Source of the DNA: an uncultured Methanosarcinales archaeon | GTDB taxonomy: Archaea; Nanobdellota; Nanobdellia; Woesearchaeales; BS150m-G63 | Assembly: GCA_964630685.1 (NCBI GenBank) | Contig: CAZVVW010000006.1 | Coordinates: 16-64,015 of the forward strand | DNA length: 64,000 nt | Reading direction: 5' to 3' | Shown: piece by piece, positions 47,808-58,215 of the stretch | Layout of the letters: the number at the start of each line of letters is the position of its first letter | Numbering within the stretch: position 1 is the first letter of the stretch | Notes under the pieces: model-generated | Told to the model about the DNA's origin: nothing | Seen by the model: only the letters and a program-made list of their open reading frames with translations | The model's database searches: none | Program-made: the position numbers and the translations under genes

Positions 47808-48347
47808 TTATTCTATTTTAGTTATTAACTGACCTAAATCTGTGTGGGTTAATCCGTCCATTCCTTTTTTGTATGAAATAGATATATCTTTTTTATATCT
47901 AGCTCCGCTTGAAAGACCATGGTTAGAACTTGTACAAATTAATTTCACATCTTCAGAGTCTGTTAAAGTGAAATTGGAAGCGCTAGGTCCACATTGAGTT
48001 CCATCACAGGTCCAATTTGCTGCAAAACTACAATTAGTGTCGCTTGCAATTGTAACTGCAAAGTTCTCTAAATCTTGACCCATTCCATTTTGTATAACTA
48101 AAGTTATATTTGATTCATCAACTTTGAAGTCTACACAACTCATACCAGGCACTAATGTACAACTTTCTGGCAAAAATCTACTTGGATTTAGCACTCCAAA
48201 GTAAGCTAATGCTGAAATTGCGATTAGAACAACTAAAATGGCCCAGCCGTAAGTCATTAGAAACTCCATTGCTGCTTGTGCTTTCTTTGATTTCATTTTG
48301 GTGAAATCAAAGGGCTTTGAGATGTTATTCTCATTGTTTTTTTTCAT
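47808..48347 (-). CDS. Pilin (class III signal peptide)
   Basis: KKAQAAMEFLMTYGWAILVV. Confidence 0.88.
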   Translation of the reverse strand: MKKNNENNISKPFDFTKMKSKKAQAAMEFLMTYGWAILVVLIAISALAYFGVLNPSRFLPESCTLVPGMSCVDFKVDESNITLVIQNGMGQDLENFAVTIASDTNCSFAANWTCDGTQCGPSASNFTLTDSEDVKLICTSSNHGLSSGARYKKDISISYKKGMDGLTHTDLGQLITKIE

Positions 48348-48798
48348 TTTGTTTTACCTCATTTATTCAATTTTAGTTATTAATTGTCCTGTTTCTGTGT
48401 GGGTGATTCCTGCAGACGAATTAAAATAGATTACAATATCTTCTTTTAATCTTTGTCCACTTTTACCACTTAAATCATTACAGGTTATTGAGAATGTTTG
48501 TTTATCTGCGTCGTTGAATGTTCCTAATGAACTATTTTCTGTGCAGGCGTAACCAGTCATATTAACTCTGAAAGTGTTTAAATCTTGACCCATTCCATTT
48601 TGTATAACTAATGTTGTTAAATTAGTTGTGCTATCTGCTTTGAAGTCTACACAACTCATACCAGGCACTAATGTACAACTTTCTGGCAAAAATCTACTTG
48701 GATTTAGCACTCCAAAGTAAGCTAATGCTGAAATTGCGATTAGAACAACTAAAATGGCCCAGCCGTAAGTCATTAGAAACTCCATTGCTGCTTGTGCT
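48122..48798. repeat. 161-bp identical repeat in tandem pilin genes (48122-48282, 48638-48798)
   Basis: Base-by-base identity by eye, offset 516. Confidence 0.85.
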
Positions 48799-48818
48799 CT
48801 TTTTTTCAAAATAATCAC
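48363..48818 (-). CDS. Pilin (class III signal peptide)
   Basis: KRAQAAMEFLMTYGWAILVV. Confidence 0.88.
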   Translation of the reverse strand: MIILKKRAQAAMEFLMTYGWAILVVLIAISALAYFGVLNPSRFLPESCTLVPGMSCVDFKADSTTNLTTLVIQNGMGQDLNTFRVNMTGYACTENSSLGTFNDADKQTFSITCNDLSGKSGQRLKEDIVIYFNSSAGITHTETGQLITKIE

Positions 48819-48965
48819 CTCGTTTAATTATAAAATCATAGTTTATTTAATTTATCTTTTGCCAATATATAAATTTAACTATTTTTAAATGATATTATAA
48901 TTAGATTATTACTACTGTAAAGAGAATAACAAACTATAAAAACAAAGTTAATAGTAATAATCAAG

Positions 48966-49901
48966 ATGACTAAAAAAAAGGGAAAGAAAGGGCAGATTGC
49001 TGTAGAATATATGATTGTGATGGGTGTTATATTGATTGCATTAAGCCCCTTTGTATATAAAGAAGTAAATAAATATGTTGTTAAGGCAAGAATTAATGAG
49101 GCTAATAATCTGGCTAACGATATAACAAAGTCAGCAGATTCGCTCTATTCTTTAGGTCCTGGAAATCAAAAACATTTGTATATTGATGTTCCAAAAGGGG
49201 TTACTGAGGTTAATATTCATGAAAGAGAAATCTCATTTACTGTGAATACTCCTGATGGAACAAAGGACATTATTACGATAACAAAAGGTTATGTTACAGG
49301 TGTTATTCCTATTGGTTCTGGAGCCCATAAAATTAAGATGAAGGTGTTGGAGACTGGAATTGTGTTGATAGGTGATCCATATTGCTCTGTTTTGCCTACT
49401 GTTAATTGTACTACTGCTGATACTCCAGACAGAAATCCAATATTATTTTTACATAAACCAGGACATAGTACACATGCTTCTATTTTTAATGCAACTAATG
49501 CTGGAGATGTTCTTGTTAATTATAGTATTTGTTGCATAGACACTGTTAAAGGAGATCTCACTGCAGGGGAAGCTGGAGAAAATTGGGATAGTTATAATAC
49601 TACAATACTTAGATTAAATAATGAAACAAATGCACATGTTGCTGAAAAAAGTTATGTAAATTATACTGTGGAGGCAAAACTTTATACAAATCAAGATTTT
49701 CCGTTAAATTGCGAGTACACTAATGAAAGTGTGCAATACTGTCCAGAATTTGGACAGGATTATTATTGTTTGGCAACAATAGGTGGGGGACATACAAGTG
49801 TCGGAGGATACAGTTATTCTACTAATTTACATATTTCAGATTGTGATGGAGATTGGGATGATTATCCTGTTAAAGTTTGCTGTTTGATACCACCTAGATG
49901 A
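48966..49901 (+). CDS. Minor pilin-like protein with Cys/His-rich C-terminal repeats
   Basis: KKGQIAVEY signal; repeated xxH motifs (THAS, NAHV, NLHI) and CC pairs. Confidence 0.8.
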   Translation: MTKKKGKKGQIAVEYMIVMGVILIALSPFVYKEVNKYVVKARINEANNLANDITKSADSLYSLGPGNQKHLYIDVPKGVTEVNIHEREISFTVNTPDGTKDIITITKGYVTGVIPIGSGAHKIKMKVLETGIVLIGDPYCSVLPTVNCTTADTPDRNPILFLHKPGHSTHASIFNATNAGDVLVNYSICCIDTVKGDLTAGEAGENWDSYNTTILRLNNETNAHVAEKSYVNYTVEAKLYTNQDFPLNCEYTNESVQYCPEFGQDYYCLATIGGGHTSVGGYSYSTNLHISDCDGDWDDYPVKVCCLIPPR

Positions 49902-49908
49902 TTCTTTT

Positions 49909-50511
49909 GTGATGATGATGTTAGATAAGAAACGTAAAGCACAAGTTAGTATTGAATATTTTATTATCTTTGGTACGTTGTTGATATTCTTGATGTTTAT
50001 TGTTTATTATTTTATGACTACTATTCCACCTGATATCCAAATGAAACAAGCTGTTAGTGCTGTTAATAAAATGTCCAAAGCAGCAGATGCTGTTTATTCT
50101 TTAAGTCCTGGCTCTAAAAGAATAGTTTATGTGTTTTTTCCTTCAGCTGTTAGTAGTGTAAGTTTTGTGCCGTTTCCTTCTTCCACTGGAAGCGAGATAG
50201 TGCTTAATATAAGTCATGAAGGCCGTGTTGTGGATATTTTTGCGATGACTAAAGGAAATGTTACTGGAGAGATTCCTTTTGGTGCTGGGCAAAAGAAAAA
50301 TTTGCATAAATTGTTTATTGAAAAAAGAGAGAATAATTTAGTTACTATTATATCTTCTTCATGTGTACCTAGAAGTTGTGAAGAAGAAGGATACGAGTGT
50401 AATTATATAACTGAAACAAAGTGTTACACTTCAATAAATTGTGGATCTTGTACGCAATTAAATAATCATTGCGAGAATAATATATGTATATTATCTAATC
50501 AATCCCCTTAA
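49909..50511 (+). CDS. Minor pilin-like protein with Cys-rich tail
   Basis: RKAQVSIEY signal. Confidence 0.8.
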   Translation: MMMMLDKKRKAQVSIEYFIIFGTLLIFLMFIVYYFMTTIPPDIQMKQAVSAVNKMSKAADAVYSLSPGSKRIVYVFFPSAVSSVSFVPFPSSTGSEIVLNISHEGRVVDIFAMTKGNVTGEIPFGAGQKKNLHKLFIEKRENNLVTIISSSCVPRSCEEEGYECNYITETKCYTSINCGSCTQLNNHCENNICILSNQSP

Positions 50512-50513
50512 CA

Positions 50514-50978
50514 ATGAAAAACAACAGAAAGGCGCAGATAGCAATGGAATTCTTGTTTGTGGTAGGTGTAATTTTATTGTTGACTACGTTTGTGTTGTAT
50601 GATGTTTTTAATAAAAAAGATCAAGTTACTTTAGCTACAGATATATTGAACAAAAAAGATCTCTGTCTGCAATTTTCTTCTTTGATAACTGAAACTTATG
50701 CAAAAGGGACTGGTACTGTTGCTTATTTTGCTGTAAGTGCCAGACATATTAAGTATAATGTGGCTGTTCAGACTATTTCGAGAAATCTTTTTGTTGGTGA
50801 GCCAGGTAAAGGACCTGTTTATTGTACTTATCCTATAAAAAGTGTTTCAGGTATTGGTGGAGAGACTAATTTATTCACTTTTGATTTTAATGCTGTTGAT
50901 AGAATACTAAAATTTGAAAATATTGGGGGTTTTGTTATTATAAGTTTACATAACAAAAGCATATATAATGAAATTTAG
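50514..50978 (+). CDS. Minor pilin-like protein
   Basis: RKAQIAMEF signal. Confidence 0.8.
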   Translation: MKNNRKAQIAMEFLFVVGVILLLTTFVLYDVFNKKDQVTLATDILNKKDLCLQFSSLITETYAKGTGTVAYFAVSARHIKYNVAVQTISRNLFVGEPGKGPVYCTYPIKSVSGIGGETNLFTFDFNAVDRILKFENIGGFVIISLHNKSIYNEI

Positions 50979-51519
50979 AAATAGGTTAAAGAATAAATCT
51001 GGGCAAGCAGTCATAATTGATTTTTTTATAGCTTTGTTTATTTTTATCCTTCTTGTTTCAATGATTTCAATAATGTGGAATAAATATAATTTTGAGTTAA
51101 ATCAAAAAGTTACACAAAAAGATATGTGGTTGAAGACTTACCACATAAGCGATATTTTAGTGCATACTTCTGGTAGTCCTAGTGCGTGGGAAAATATTGA
51201 TTGGGAAAGTGAACCTGAAAATATCAATACAATTATTGAGACAGTTGGGTTGGTTAGTTTTGATAGACAATTGGATTCTAGTAAGGTTGAAGAATTTGTT
51301 AAATTAAATGAAAGTTATAATGTATTAAGTGAGTTGTTGAATGTGGAAGGATATCATCTTTATTTTAGATTATTTGATGAAGATATGTTTATTGTAGAAT
51401 CAGGCCCTAGCCCTAGTTTGTATAATGCAGAACGTACAACAAGTGTAAGAAGGTATGTTCAATGTGATGAAAGCGCTAATGATAATGGGTGTATTTTAGA
51501 GGTGTCGTTATGGGAATAA
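50968..51519 (+). CDS. Minor pilin-like protein
   Basis: KSGQAVIIDF signal; GSPSAWE motif. Confidence 0.78.
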   Translation: MKFRNRLKNKSGQAVIIDFFIALFIFILLVSMISIMWNKYNFELNQKVTQKDMWLKTYHISDILVHTSGSPSAWENIDWESEPENINTIIETVGLVSFDRQLDSSKVEEFVKLNESYNVLSELLNVEGYHLYFRLFDEDMFIVESGPSPSLYNAERTTSVRRYVQCDESANDNGCILEVSLWE

Positions 51520-51932
51520 AAGATTGGAGAAAAAAAGCTGTAATGATTACTACAGACTCTATTATTGCTCTCACTATTGTTATTGTGATAATTATTGTTG
51601 CAACTAATTATGCGATTAGTTCAAGAGATGATGTTTTGCCTGAATTGCAGTTAGTTAGAACAGGAAATGATATTTTGGCTTTGTTGGATAATACAGGTGC
51701 TTTTGAAGATATGGATGCATCTGAAGTGCAAGAAGAGATTTATCTATTAATTCCAAATCATTATGAGATGAAAATAAATGTGACTCTTGAAAATGAGGAT
51801 AGTTTTGAGACAAACACAACAAGGGAGATGCCTAATGATAGGTTTATTGGAACAGGACAAAGGGTGGTGGTTTTGGATAATTTAAGGTTTGGCGTTGCTA
51901 AATTTTGGATATGGGCAGGAAGAGTAAAATGA
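51489..51932 (+). CDS. Minor pilin-like protein (start probably 51510)
   Basis: KKAVMITTDSII plus hydrophobic stretch. Confidence 0.72.
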   Translation: MYFRGVVMGIKDWRKKAVMITTDSIIALTIVIVIIIVATNYAISSRDDVLPELQLVRTGNDILALLDNTGAFEDMDASEVQEEIYLLIPNHYEMKINVTLENEDSFETNTTREMPNDRFIGTGQRVVVLDNLRFGVAKFWIWAGRVK

Positions 51933-53353
51933 TTGATAAAATAAATAAAAAAAGTATATTATTTACAGCAGGATTAGTGTTAATGGCATCTGTGCTTTTG
52001 ACATTAGCTGTGTTATTGTTTTATAACACAATGGAATCAGAAGATAGATTTATAGAGATGTCTAGTTTAGATACTATGCATAACCTTTATGATTCTGTAG
52101 AAACTGGAGTTAGAGAGACATTGTTTGGTGGATTATCTGATGAACTTATTGAAGTAGATAGAACATCAAATGAAGTGGTGTTTAAAGAAGATTTACCTAA
52201 TACTGATGATACTAATTTTAGAGATAAACTAAGCGAGTTTAAAGATTTTGTTGGATCTAATTTTTTAGGGGTTGGTTTGAATATTACTGAAATGAATAAA
52301 ACATTACCTTTTGTGGTTTATCCTTATAATTTAGTTTATACACATCCAGATGACTTTGGCGAAAGAAGAATCAAAATATATCCAGAAGCACCAGTTGATC
52401 CTGCAATGGTGGGTTACTGGAAGTTTAATGGAGATGCAAAAGACTCTTCAGGAAAAGGAAACGACGGCACAATAAATGGGGCAGTATTTGTGGAAGGATT
52501 ACAAGGAGATGCTTTAAGTTTTGATGGTGATGGTGATTATGTTAGTACAAATTATGGAGAAAATATAAATCCTTCAATAAATCCTCACACTTATTCTGTT
52601 TGGGTTAAATCAAATAATATTACAAACAATGGAATGTATTTAGTTCAAGGTACATGGAATGGAGATCATAGGGCTTATTTTGGCAGTAATAATGGCTATT
52701 GGTCTATGGGTATACAAGGAAGTGGGTGGGGGGAACGTATTATTCCTTTAGATTTAAATTGGCATTTTATAACTTTAGTTTTTGATGGTTCAAATGCTAA
52801 GTTTTATTTAGATGGAGATTATAAATATCAAAAAACTTATACTTCATATCTTTTTAATTTTAATATGTCTATTGGATCTTCTAGACCCCATAGTTCACGT
52901 TATGATTGGGAGGGTATTATAGATTTAGTAGCTATTTATAATAGAGCACTTAATGATTCAGAGATACTTGATTTGTACATGGGTGGTGTTGAGAGTTATA
53001 GGGTTAATTTTTCTGAAAGTAATTGTAATGTTGTTGAAGGTGAATCAGATTATAACTTAGGTTCTTTTTCTTTGGATTTAGGGGGTTGTGGGCAGCATAT
53101 AATTAACTCTTCTTATAATAACTTTTTCAGGTTTAATTTTAGTAATGAATTTGTGAATGTGTCTTTTGGAAACGGAGCTGTGTTAGAGATTGTTAATGAA
53201 AATGTAAGTGATTTAAATGTTGAAACAACTGTTGGTTTTGAGGCATTAGATACAGAGATGATTACAGTAGAAACCCCTAGAGAGACAGATTTAATAAATG
53301 TCGTTCTTCCTGGTTATGGTGTAAAGAAATCAGGCGGTGTTAGATTAAGATAA
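51905..53353 (+). CDS. Pilin-like/adhesin protein with LamG domain (start probably 51929)
   Basis: KKSILFT plus TM; VGYWKFNG..DSSG...WHFITLV...IYNRAL. Confidence 0.8.
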   Translation: MDMGRKSKMIDKINKKSILFTAGLVLMASVLLTLAVLLFYNTMESEDRFIEMSSLDTMHNLYDSVETGVRETLFGGLSDELIEVDRTSNEVVFKEDLPNTDDTNFRDKLSEFKDFVGSNFLGVGLNITEMNKTLPFVVYPYNLVYTHPDDFGERRIKIYPEAPVDPAMVGYWKFNGDAKDSSGKGNDGTINGAVFVEGLQGDALSFDGDGDYVSTNYGENINPSINPHTYSVWVKSNNITNNGMYLVQGTWNGDHRAYFGSNNGYWSMGIQGSGWGERIIPLDLNWHFITLVFDGSNAKFYLDGDYKYQKTYTSYLFNFNMSIGSSRPHSSRYDWEGIIDLVAIYNRALNDSEILDLYMGGVESYRVNFSESNCNVVEGESDYNLGSFSLDLGGCGQHIINSSYNNFFRFNFSNEFVNVSFGNGAVLEIVNENVSDLNVETTVGFEALDTEMITVETPRETDLINVVLPGYGVKKSGGVRLR

Positions 53354-53416
53354 ATTTGTTACTATTTTAGAATTGTTACATATTTATTTAAATTTGTAAT
53401 CAAAACAATTTCTTGT

Positions 53417-53866
53417 ATGGTTGAGGGTGTAGAGTTAGCTAAAAAAAAGAGGGAGTTTTATGATGCTTCTGTTGAAATAATAAGATTGATAGGAATCAAC
53501 CAGGTTGAAGAAGCAAAAAAACTTTATAATCTTTATACTAATTTGTATTATGAAATACTCCCCTCATTGACTGAAGATGAAGTTTCACAGTATTACCAAA
53601 ATTTAAGCCAAATTTATAATAGGCTTAAACCCTATTTTGCTCAAGAAGGAAATGTTTCAGATATCAAAAGACATTATAAAACAGAGATTGACGAATTGTA
53701 TGAATTAATACAGGAAAAAGAAAAGGTGACACTTAAATCAGTGCAATCCAAGTTCAATATTGATCGGAAAAAAGCAGATGAATGGGCAACTATTTTAGAA
53801 GAAAATGGTTTGATTAAAATTAGTTACTCTTTTTTAGTTGGGCCAATATTAAAAAAATTAAAATAA
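53417..53866 (+). CDS. Hypothetical protein with C-terminal wHTH-like region
   Basis: TEIDELYELI...EWATILEENGLI. Confidence 0.6.
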   Translation: MVEGVELAKKKREFYDASVEIIRLIGINQVEEAKKLYNLYTNLYYEILPSLTEDEVSQYYQNLSQIYNRLKPYFAQEGNVSDIKRHYKTEIDELYELIQEKEKVTLKSVQSKFNIDRKKADEWATILEENGLIKISYSFLVGPILKKLK

Positions 53867-53893
53867 GATAACCTAAACACAACAACTAAAAGA

Positions 53894-55396
53894 ATGAAAA
53901 TTTTAGGACAATATAAATTAACTGTAGATGACATTGAGGTAGGGGTTAGAGTAACTTCTGATAAAGGAAGGGTAGATAAATATGAGTTGGTCACTAAAAA
54001 ACTCAGTGCAGCGACAAGAGCGTTGTTGGTCAAGGTTAGGGAAGAATTAGTTGCAGATGTTGAGATAAGTAGTGCAGAAATTTTGGACCCCAATGCAGTT
54101 TTTAGAATAAAAGAAAAATTTAAAATTGCTTCTGATGAATTTATAGCTAAAAAATTACCAAAGATTGATTTAGAAACAAAGAATCTTTTGATAGGTACAT
54201 TACTTCATGAAACAATAGGACTTGGAAAAGTTGAATTTTTGCTTTCAGATCCCCATTTAGAGGAGATAGTCATTAATTCTTCAAAAGAACCTTTAAGGGT
54301 GTATCATAAAAAATTTGGATGGCTTGAAACCGATATAATTCTTAAAACAGAAGAAGATGTGCAAAATTATGCAAATACAATTGCAAGAAGGATAGGTAGA
54401 CAAATCACTACATTAAATCCTTTGTTGGATGCACATTTAACTACTGGAGATAGGGCAAATGCTGTGTTGTACCCTATTTCTAACAAAGGGAATTCTATTA
54501 CAATTAGAATGTTTGCAAGAGACCCTTGGACTTGTATAGATTTTATTAAAAGCAGAACTTGTAGTGCAGAAGTTTTTGGTTTAATTTGGTTAATGATGGA
54601 GTTTGAAATGAATATACTTGTTTCTGGAGGTACTGGAAGCGGAAAGACATCTATGCTTAATGTTTGCATGCCTTTTATTCCCCCTAATCATAGGATTATT
54701 TCTATTGAAGATACGAGAGAGTTACAGTTACCAAAATATTTACATTGGGTTCCTTTAGTTACTCGGTTAGCAAATACAGAAGGAAAAGGAGAAGTGACTA
54801 TGCTTGATTTATTGATTAATTCTCTAAGAATGAGGCCAGACAGGATAGTACTTGGAGAAATGAGGAAGAAACAAGAAGCAGAAGTTCTTTTTGAAGCAAT
54901 GCATACAGGGCATAGTGTGTATAGTACTGTTCACGCAGAAAGTGTTGCAGAAACTATTCAAAGATTAGTGTATCCCCCAATTGAAGTTCCTGCTAATTTA
55001 ATTCCTACTGTAAACCTTAATGTGGTGATGTACAGAGAGAGAAGAAGAAGTATAAGGAGAGTCTATCAATTAGGTGAATTCATTAAATCTGAAACTAAAG
55101 AAGGAATGGCTATTAAACCCAATATTATCTATAGATGGAATCCAAATACAGATGAGATAGAATCAAGTTTAAAGAGCTCTAGATTGTTTGAAGAATTAAG
55201 TAGACATACTGGCTTGAGCCAAAGAGATATTGCAGCAAAATTAAAACAAAAAGAAAATATATTAAATTGGTTATTGAGAAATAATGTAAGAGATGTACAT
55301 AGTGTTGGTAAATTTATGAGTGAGTATTATCTTAATAAAGAAGAAGTTATAGATATTGTTAACAAAAATTTACATCCTGATCAGATTTTGAAATAA
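53894..55396 (+). CDS. Type IV pilus assembly ATPase (CpaF/TadA/ArlI family)
   Basis: GGTGSGKT, SIEDTREL, LRMRPDR, GEMR, TGH. Confidence 0.93.
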   Translation: MKILGQYKLTVDDIEVGVRVTSDKGRVDKYELVTKKLSAATRALLVKVREELVADVEISSAEILDPNAVFRIKEKFKIASDEFIAKKLPKIDLETKNLLIGTLLHETIGLGKVEFLLSDPHLEEIVINSSKEPLRVYHKKFGWLETDIILKTEEDVQNYANTIARRIGRQITTLNPLLDAHLTTGDRANAVLYPISNKGNSITIRMFARDPWTCIDFIKSRTCSAEVFGLIWLMMEFEMNILVSGGTGSGKTSMLNVCMPFIPPNHRIISIEDTRELQLPKYLHWVPLVTRLANTEGKGEVTMLDLLINSLRMRPDRIVLGEMRKKQEAEVLFEAMHTGHSVYSTVHAESVAETIQRLVYPPIEVPANLIPTVNLNVVMYRERRRSIRRVYQLGEFIKSETKEGMAIKPNIIYRWNPNTDEIESSLKSSRLFEELSRHTGLSQRDIAAKLKQKENILNWLLRNNVRDVHSVGKFMSEYYLNKEEVIDIVNKNLHPDQILK

Positions 55397-55426
55397 TTTA
55401 ATATTTAAATTAAAATAGGTGAAATA

Positions 55427-56320
55427 ATGGACTTTAAGATACCTTTTTCATTTTTTCCTGCAAAAATATTAAGAAAGCAGGCTAAACATATCTTTTTTCT
55501 AACTAAACCTTTAGAAAAATTATTTCCTTATTTACTTATAACGCTTAAGCAGGCGAGATTTAAAATAAGTGCTAAGGAATATCTTGCTATGTGTTTTATA
55601 TCTAATTTCTTTTTGTTTGCTTTTTTCCTTATTTTTTTAAATTTAGTGATAGCATCAACAAGTGCTGAAAATTCTTTTTTTATTTCGTTTATGAGTACAT
55701 TATTTTTAACATTATTTATTGGCTTTCAACAAATAGCATATCCTAAAGTTATGATTAATAAAAGAGTAAGAGATTTAGAGAGAAATTTACTCCCTGCTAT
55801 GCAGAACGCTTTGGTACAGTTGAAATCTGGAGTGCCCCTGTTTAATGTGGTTGCTCAACTTTCTTTAGGTGGCTATGGGGAGGTTTCTAAAGAATTTTTA
55901 AAAGTGGTTAGAGATATTAATGCAGGAAAACCCTCAATAGATGCATTAGATGTTGTTGCTTTTGAGAATCCATCACCTTATTTTAGAAGGGTGATTTGGC
56001 AATTAACTAATAGGATGAAAACTGGATCTGATTTATGTGAAACTGTAAAAGAAATAACTGTACACTTATCTGCAGAACAAATTGGACAAATCGAAAGATA
56101 TGGTTCTCAATTGAGCCCTTTGAGTATGTTTTACATGGTAATCGCAATTATTTTACCTTCCCTAGGATTAACTCTTTTAATTGTAATGGCTTCTTTTATG
56201 TCTTTATCTGAATCTGGAATCAAAGGATTGTTTTGGGGATTATATGGTGTTGGAGTGTTTGTGCAGTTTATGTTTTTGGGAATGATAAAAGCAAAAAGGC
56301 CAAATTTAATGGTAGACTAA
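55427..56320 (+). CDS. TadC/ArlJ-like pilus platform protein
   Basis: T2SSF-like features (SGVPL, YGEVSKEF), TMs, context. Confidence 0.85.
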   Translation: MDFKIPFSFFPAKILRKQAKHIFFLTKPLEKLFPYLLITLKQARFKISAKEYLAMCFISNFFLFAFFLIFLNLVIASTSAENSFFISFMSTLFLTLFIGFQQIAYPKVMINKRVRDLERNLLPAMQNALVQLKSGVPLFNVVAQLSLGGYGEVSKEFLKVVRDINAGKPSIDALDVVAFENPSPYFRRVIWQLTNRMKTGSDLCETVKEITVHLSAEQIGQIERYGSQLSPLSMFYMVIAIILPSLGLTLLIVMASFMSLSESGIKGLFWGLYGVGVFVQFMFLGMIKAKRPNLMVD

Positions 56321-56321
56321 A

Positions 56322-57305
56322 ATGGATTATGGAGCAATATCAAGACTGTATCCTGGAAAGATCAGGAAAAATTACTTGAAGTTACTCTCTTATTTTGATT
56401 TGAAAATCAAAAAGGAGTATGTGTTAGGTTTTATTATTTTTAGTGGTCTTGCTGTTTCATTGATAGTTGCGTTACAACTTGCAAGAATCTATGAGGTTTC
56501 TTTGTTTTTGATGTTTATCGCTTCTTTTGTAGTGATTGAATTTTTAGTACACACTTTAATTACTTTGGCAGCAGAAAGAAAAGCTAAATTTGTTGAAGAT
56601 GTATTACCTGATGCATTGCAATTGATGGCAAGTAATTTACGGGCTGGTTTGACTCCTGATAAAGCATTTTTAGTTTCAGCAAGACCTGAGTTTGGGATAT
56701 TAAATGAAGAAATCAATAGAATTGGAAAAGAAATTACTGCTGGAACTGATATGGAATATGCGTTGAAAAAGTTGGCAAGAAGAGTAAAATCAGAAATATT
56801 GGGTAAAACAGTAGACCTTATTGTTTTAGGGTTGAGATCTGGGGGGGAGTTTTCTAGTTTGCTTGACCAAACTGCAGATAATTTAAAACAACAAAGAATA
56901 GTGAGAAATAAAGTTAGTTCAAATATTTTAATGTATGTCATTTTTATTTTTTCAGCAATCGCATTTGGTTCTCCAATATTGTTTGGGTTTTCATCTTTTT
57001 TGATTCAAGTGTTAGTGAAAAATCTTGGAAGTGTTAGTGCTATGACTGGAGATATGTCTGCTCAAATGAGTTTACCAATTCAGATGACTAATGTTGCAGT
57101 ATCTCCTGATTTTGTTATTTTGTTTATTGTGGTTTCTTTGATAACCTCATCTATTATGGGTTCATTTGTACTTGGAGCTATTTCAAAAGGAAGGGAAAGA
57201 GAAGGATTGAGTTATATACCTTTATTGGTGGCATTATCTCTTGGTTTGTTCTTTTTAGTTAGGTTTATTATTACAAATGCGTTTGGAGGATTAATGGCGT
57301 TTTAG
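56322..57305 (+). CDS. TadC/TadB-like pilus platform protein
   Basis: LPDALQLMASNLRAG, RPEFG, SGG; context. Confidence 0.87.
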   Translation: MDYGAISRLYPGKIRKNYLKLLSYFDLKIKKEYVLGFIIFSGLAVSLIVALQLARIYEVSLFLMFIASFVVIEFLVHTLITLAAERKAKFVEDVLPDALQLMASNLRAGLTPDKAFLVSARPEFGILNEEINRIGKEITAGTDMEYALKKLARRVKSEILGKTVDLIVLGLRSGGEFSSLLDQTADNLKQQRIVRNKVSSNILMYVIFIFSAIAFGSPILFGFSSFLIQVLVKNLGSVSAMTGDMSAQMSLPIQMTNVAVSPDFVILFIVVSLITSSIMGSFVLGAISKGREREGLSYIPLLVALSLGLFFLVRFIITNAFGGLMAF

Positions 57306-57350
57306 TATTTTATAGTAAGATTTTTATAGTATTTTGATAATTTAAGTATT

Positions 57351-58172
57351 ATGACTAAAAAAGAAGGGGCTGAGAAAGTAGGTGTAGATGTTCTTGGAGA
57401 TTTTTTGAAAGGTCATAAAGATGCAAAGAAATCAGATTCTTATGAAGAGGTTAATGTTGATAGAATAAAACATACTGTAGGTGTTGGAGAAAGAATAGTT
57501 AGTGGAATAAAAGGATTTGATGGGTTGATAGGTGGAGGATTCAAAAAAGGTTCTAATGTTTTTGTTGAAGGAGGCCCTGGAACAGGCAAAACTATCTTGG
57601 GAATTCAGTTTTTAATGGAAGCTATTAATGAAGGTGGTGTTGCTGTTTATTTCTCTTTTGAGGAAAATAAAGAAGATATTTATACTGATATGAAAGCTTT
57701 TGGATGGGATTTGGAGAAGTTAGAAAGTGAGAAAAAGTTTTTTTATGTTCATTATACGCCTGAGCAGATTACTGGGATTTTATCTGAAGGTGGTGGAACT
57801 TTAGATAGTTTTGTTAGAAAAATAAGTCCTACGCGGTTAGTTATTGATTCAATAACTGCATTTACTTTACTTGGGGCAGATGAATTAAAGAAAAGAGAGA
57901 ATGTTTTAGCTTTGTTAGATTTAATAGATAAATGGAATTGTACAACTCTTTTTACATTTCAACACGCTTCTGAAGGAGAAGGAGAACATAAAATTGCTAG
58001 TTTTATGGAATTTGAAGTTGATGGAATAATCTTGCTTTATTATGCTCGTAAAGGAATTCTTGGTGAAGGGCGTGAGAGGAAACTCGAAGTGCTTAAGATG
58101 AGAGGAACTGACCATATTAAGGGTGCAGTTACTTTTAATGTTGGCGAAAACGGAATTATGATTGTTGAATGA
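57351..58172 (+). CDS. KaiC-like RecA-superfamily ATPase
   Basis: SGIKGFD, GGPGTGKT, SFEE, VIDS, KMRGT. Confidence 0.9.
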   Translation: MTKKEGAEKVGVDVLGDFLKGHKDAKKSDSYEEVNVDRIKHTVGVGERIVSGIKGFDGLIGGGFKKGSNVFVEGGPGTGKTILGIQFLMEAINEGGVAVYFSFEENKEDIYTDMKAFGWDLEKLESEKKFFYVHYTPEQITGILSEGGGTLDSFVRKISPTRLVIDSITAFTLLGADELKKRENVLALLDLIDKWNCTTLFTFQHASEGEGEHKIASFMEFEVDGIILLYYARKGILGEGRERKLEVLKMRGTDHIKGAVTFNVGENGIMIVE

Positions 58173-58215
58173 TTTATAGTAAGTTTTTTATATGTTTTAG
58201 ACATAAATTTTTGAT

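Noticed and set aside
48122..48798. Diversity-generating retroelement TR/VR pair
   Set aside because: Repeats are identical rather than adenine-mismatched, and no reverse transcriptase is present.
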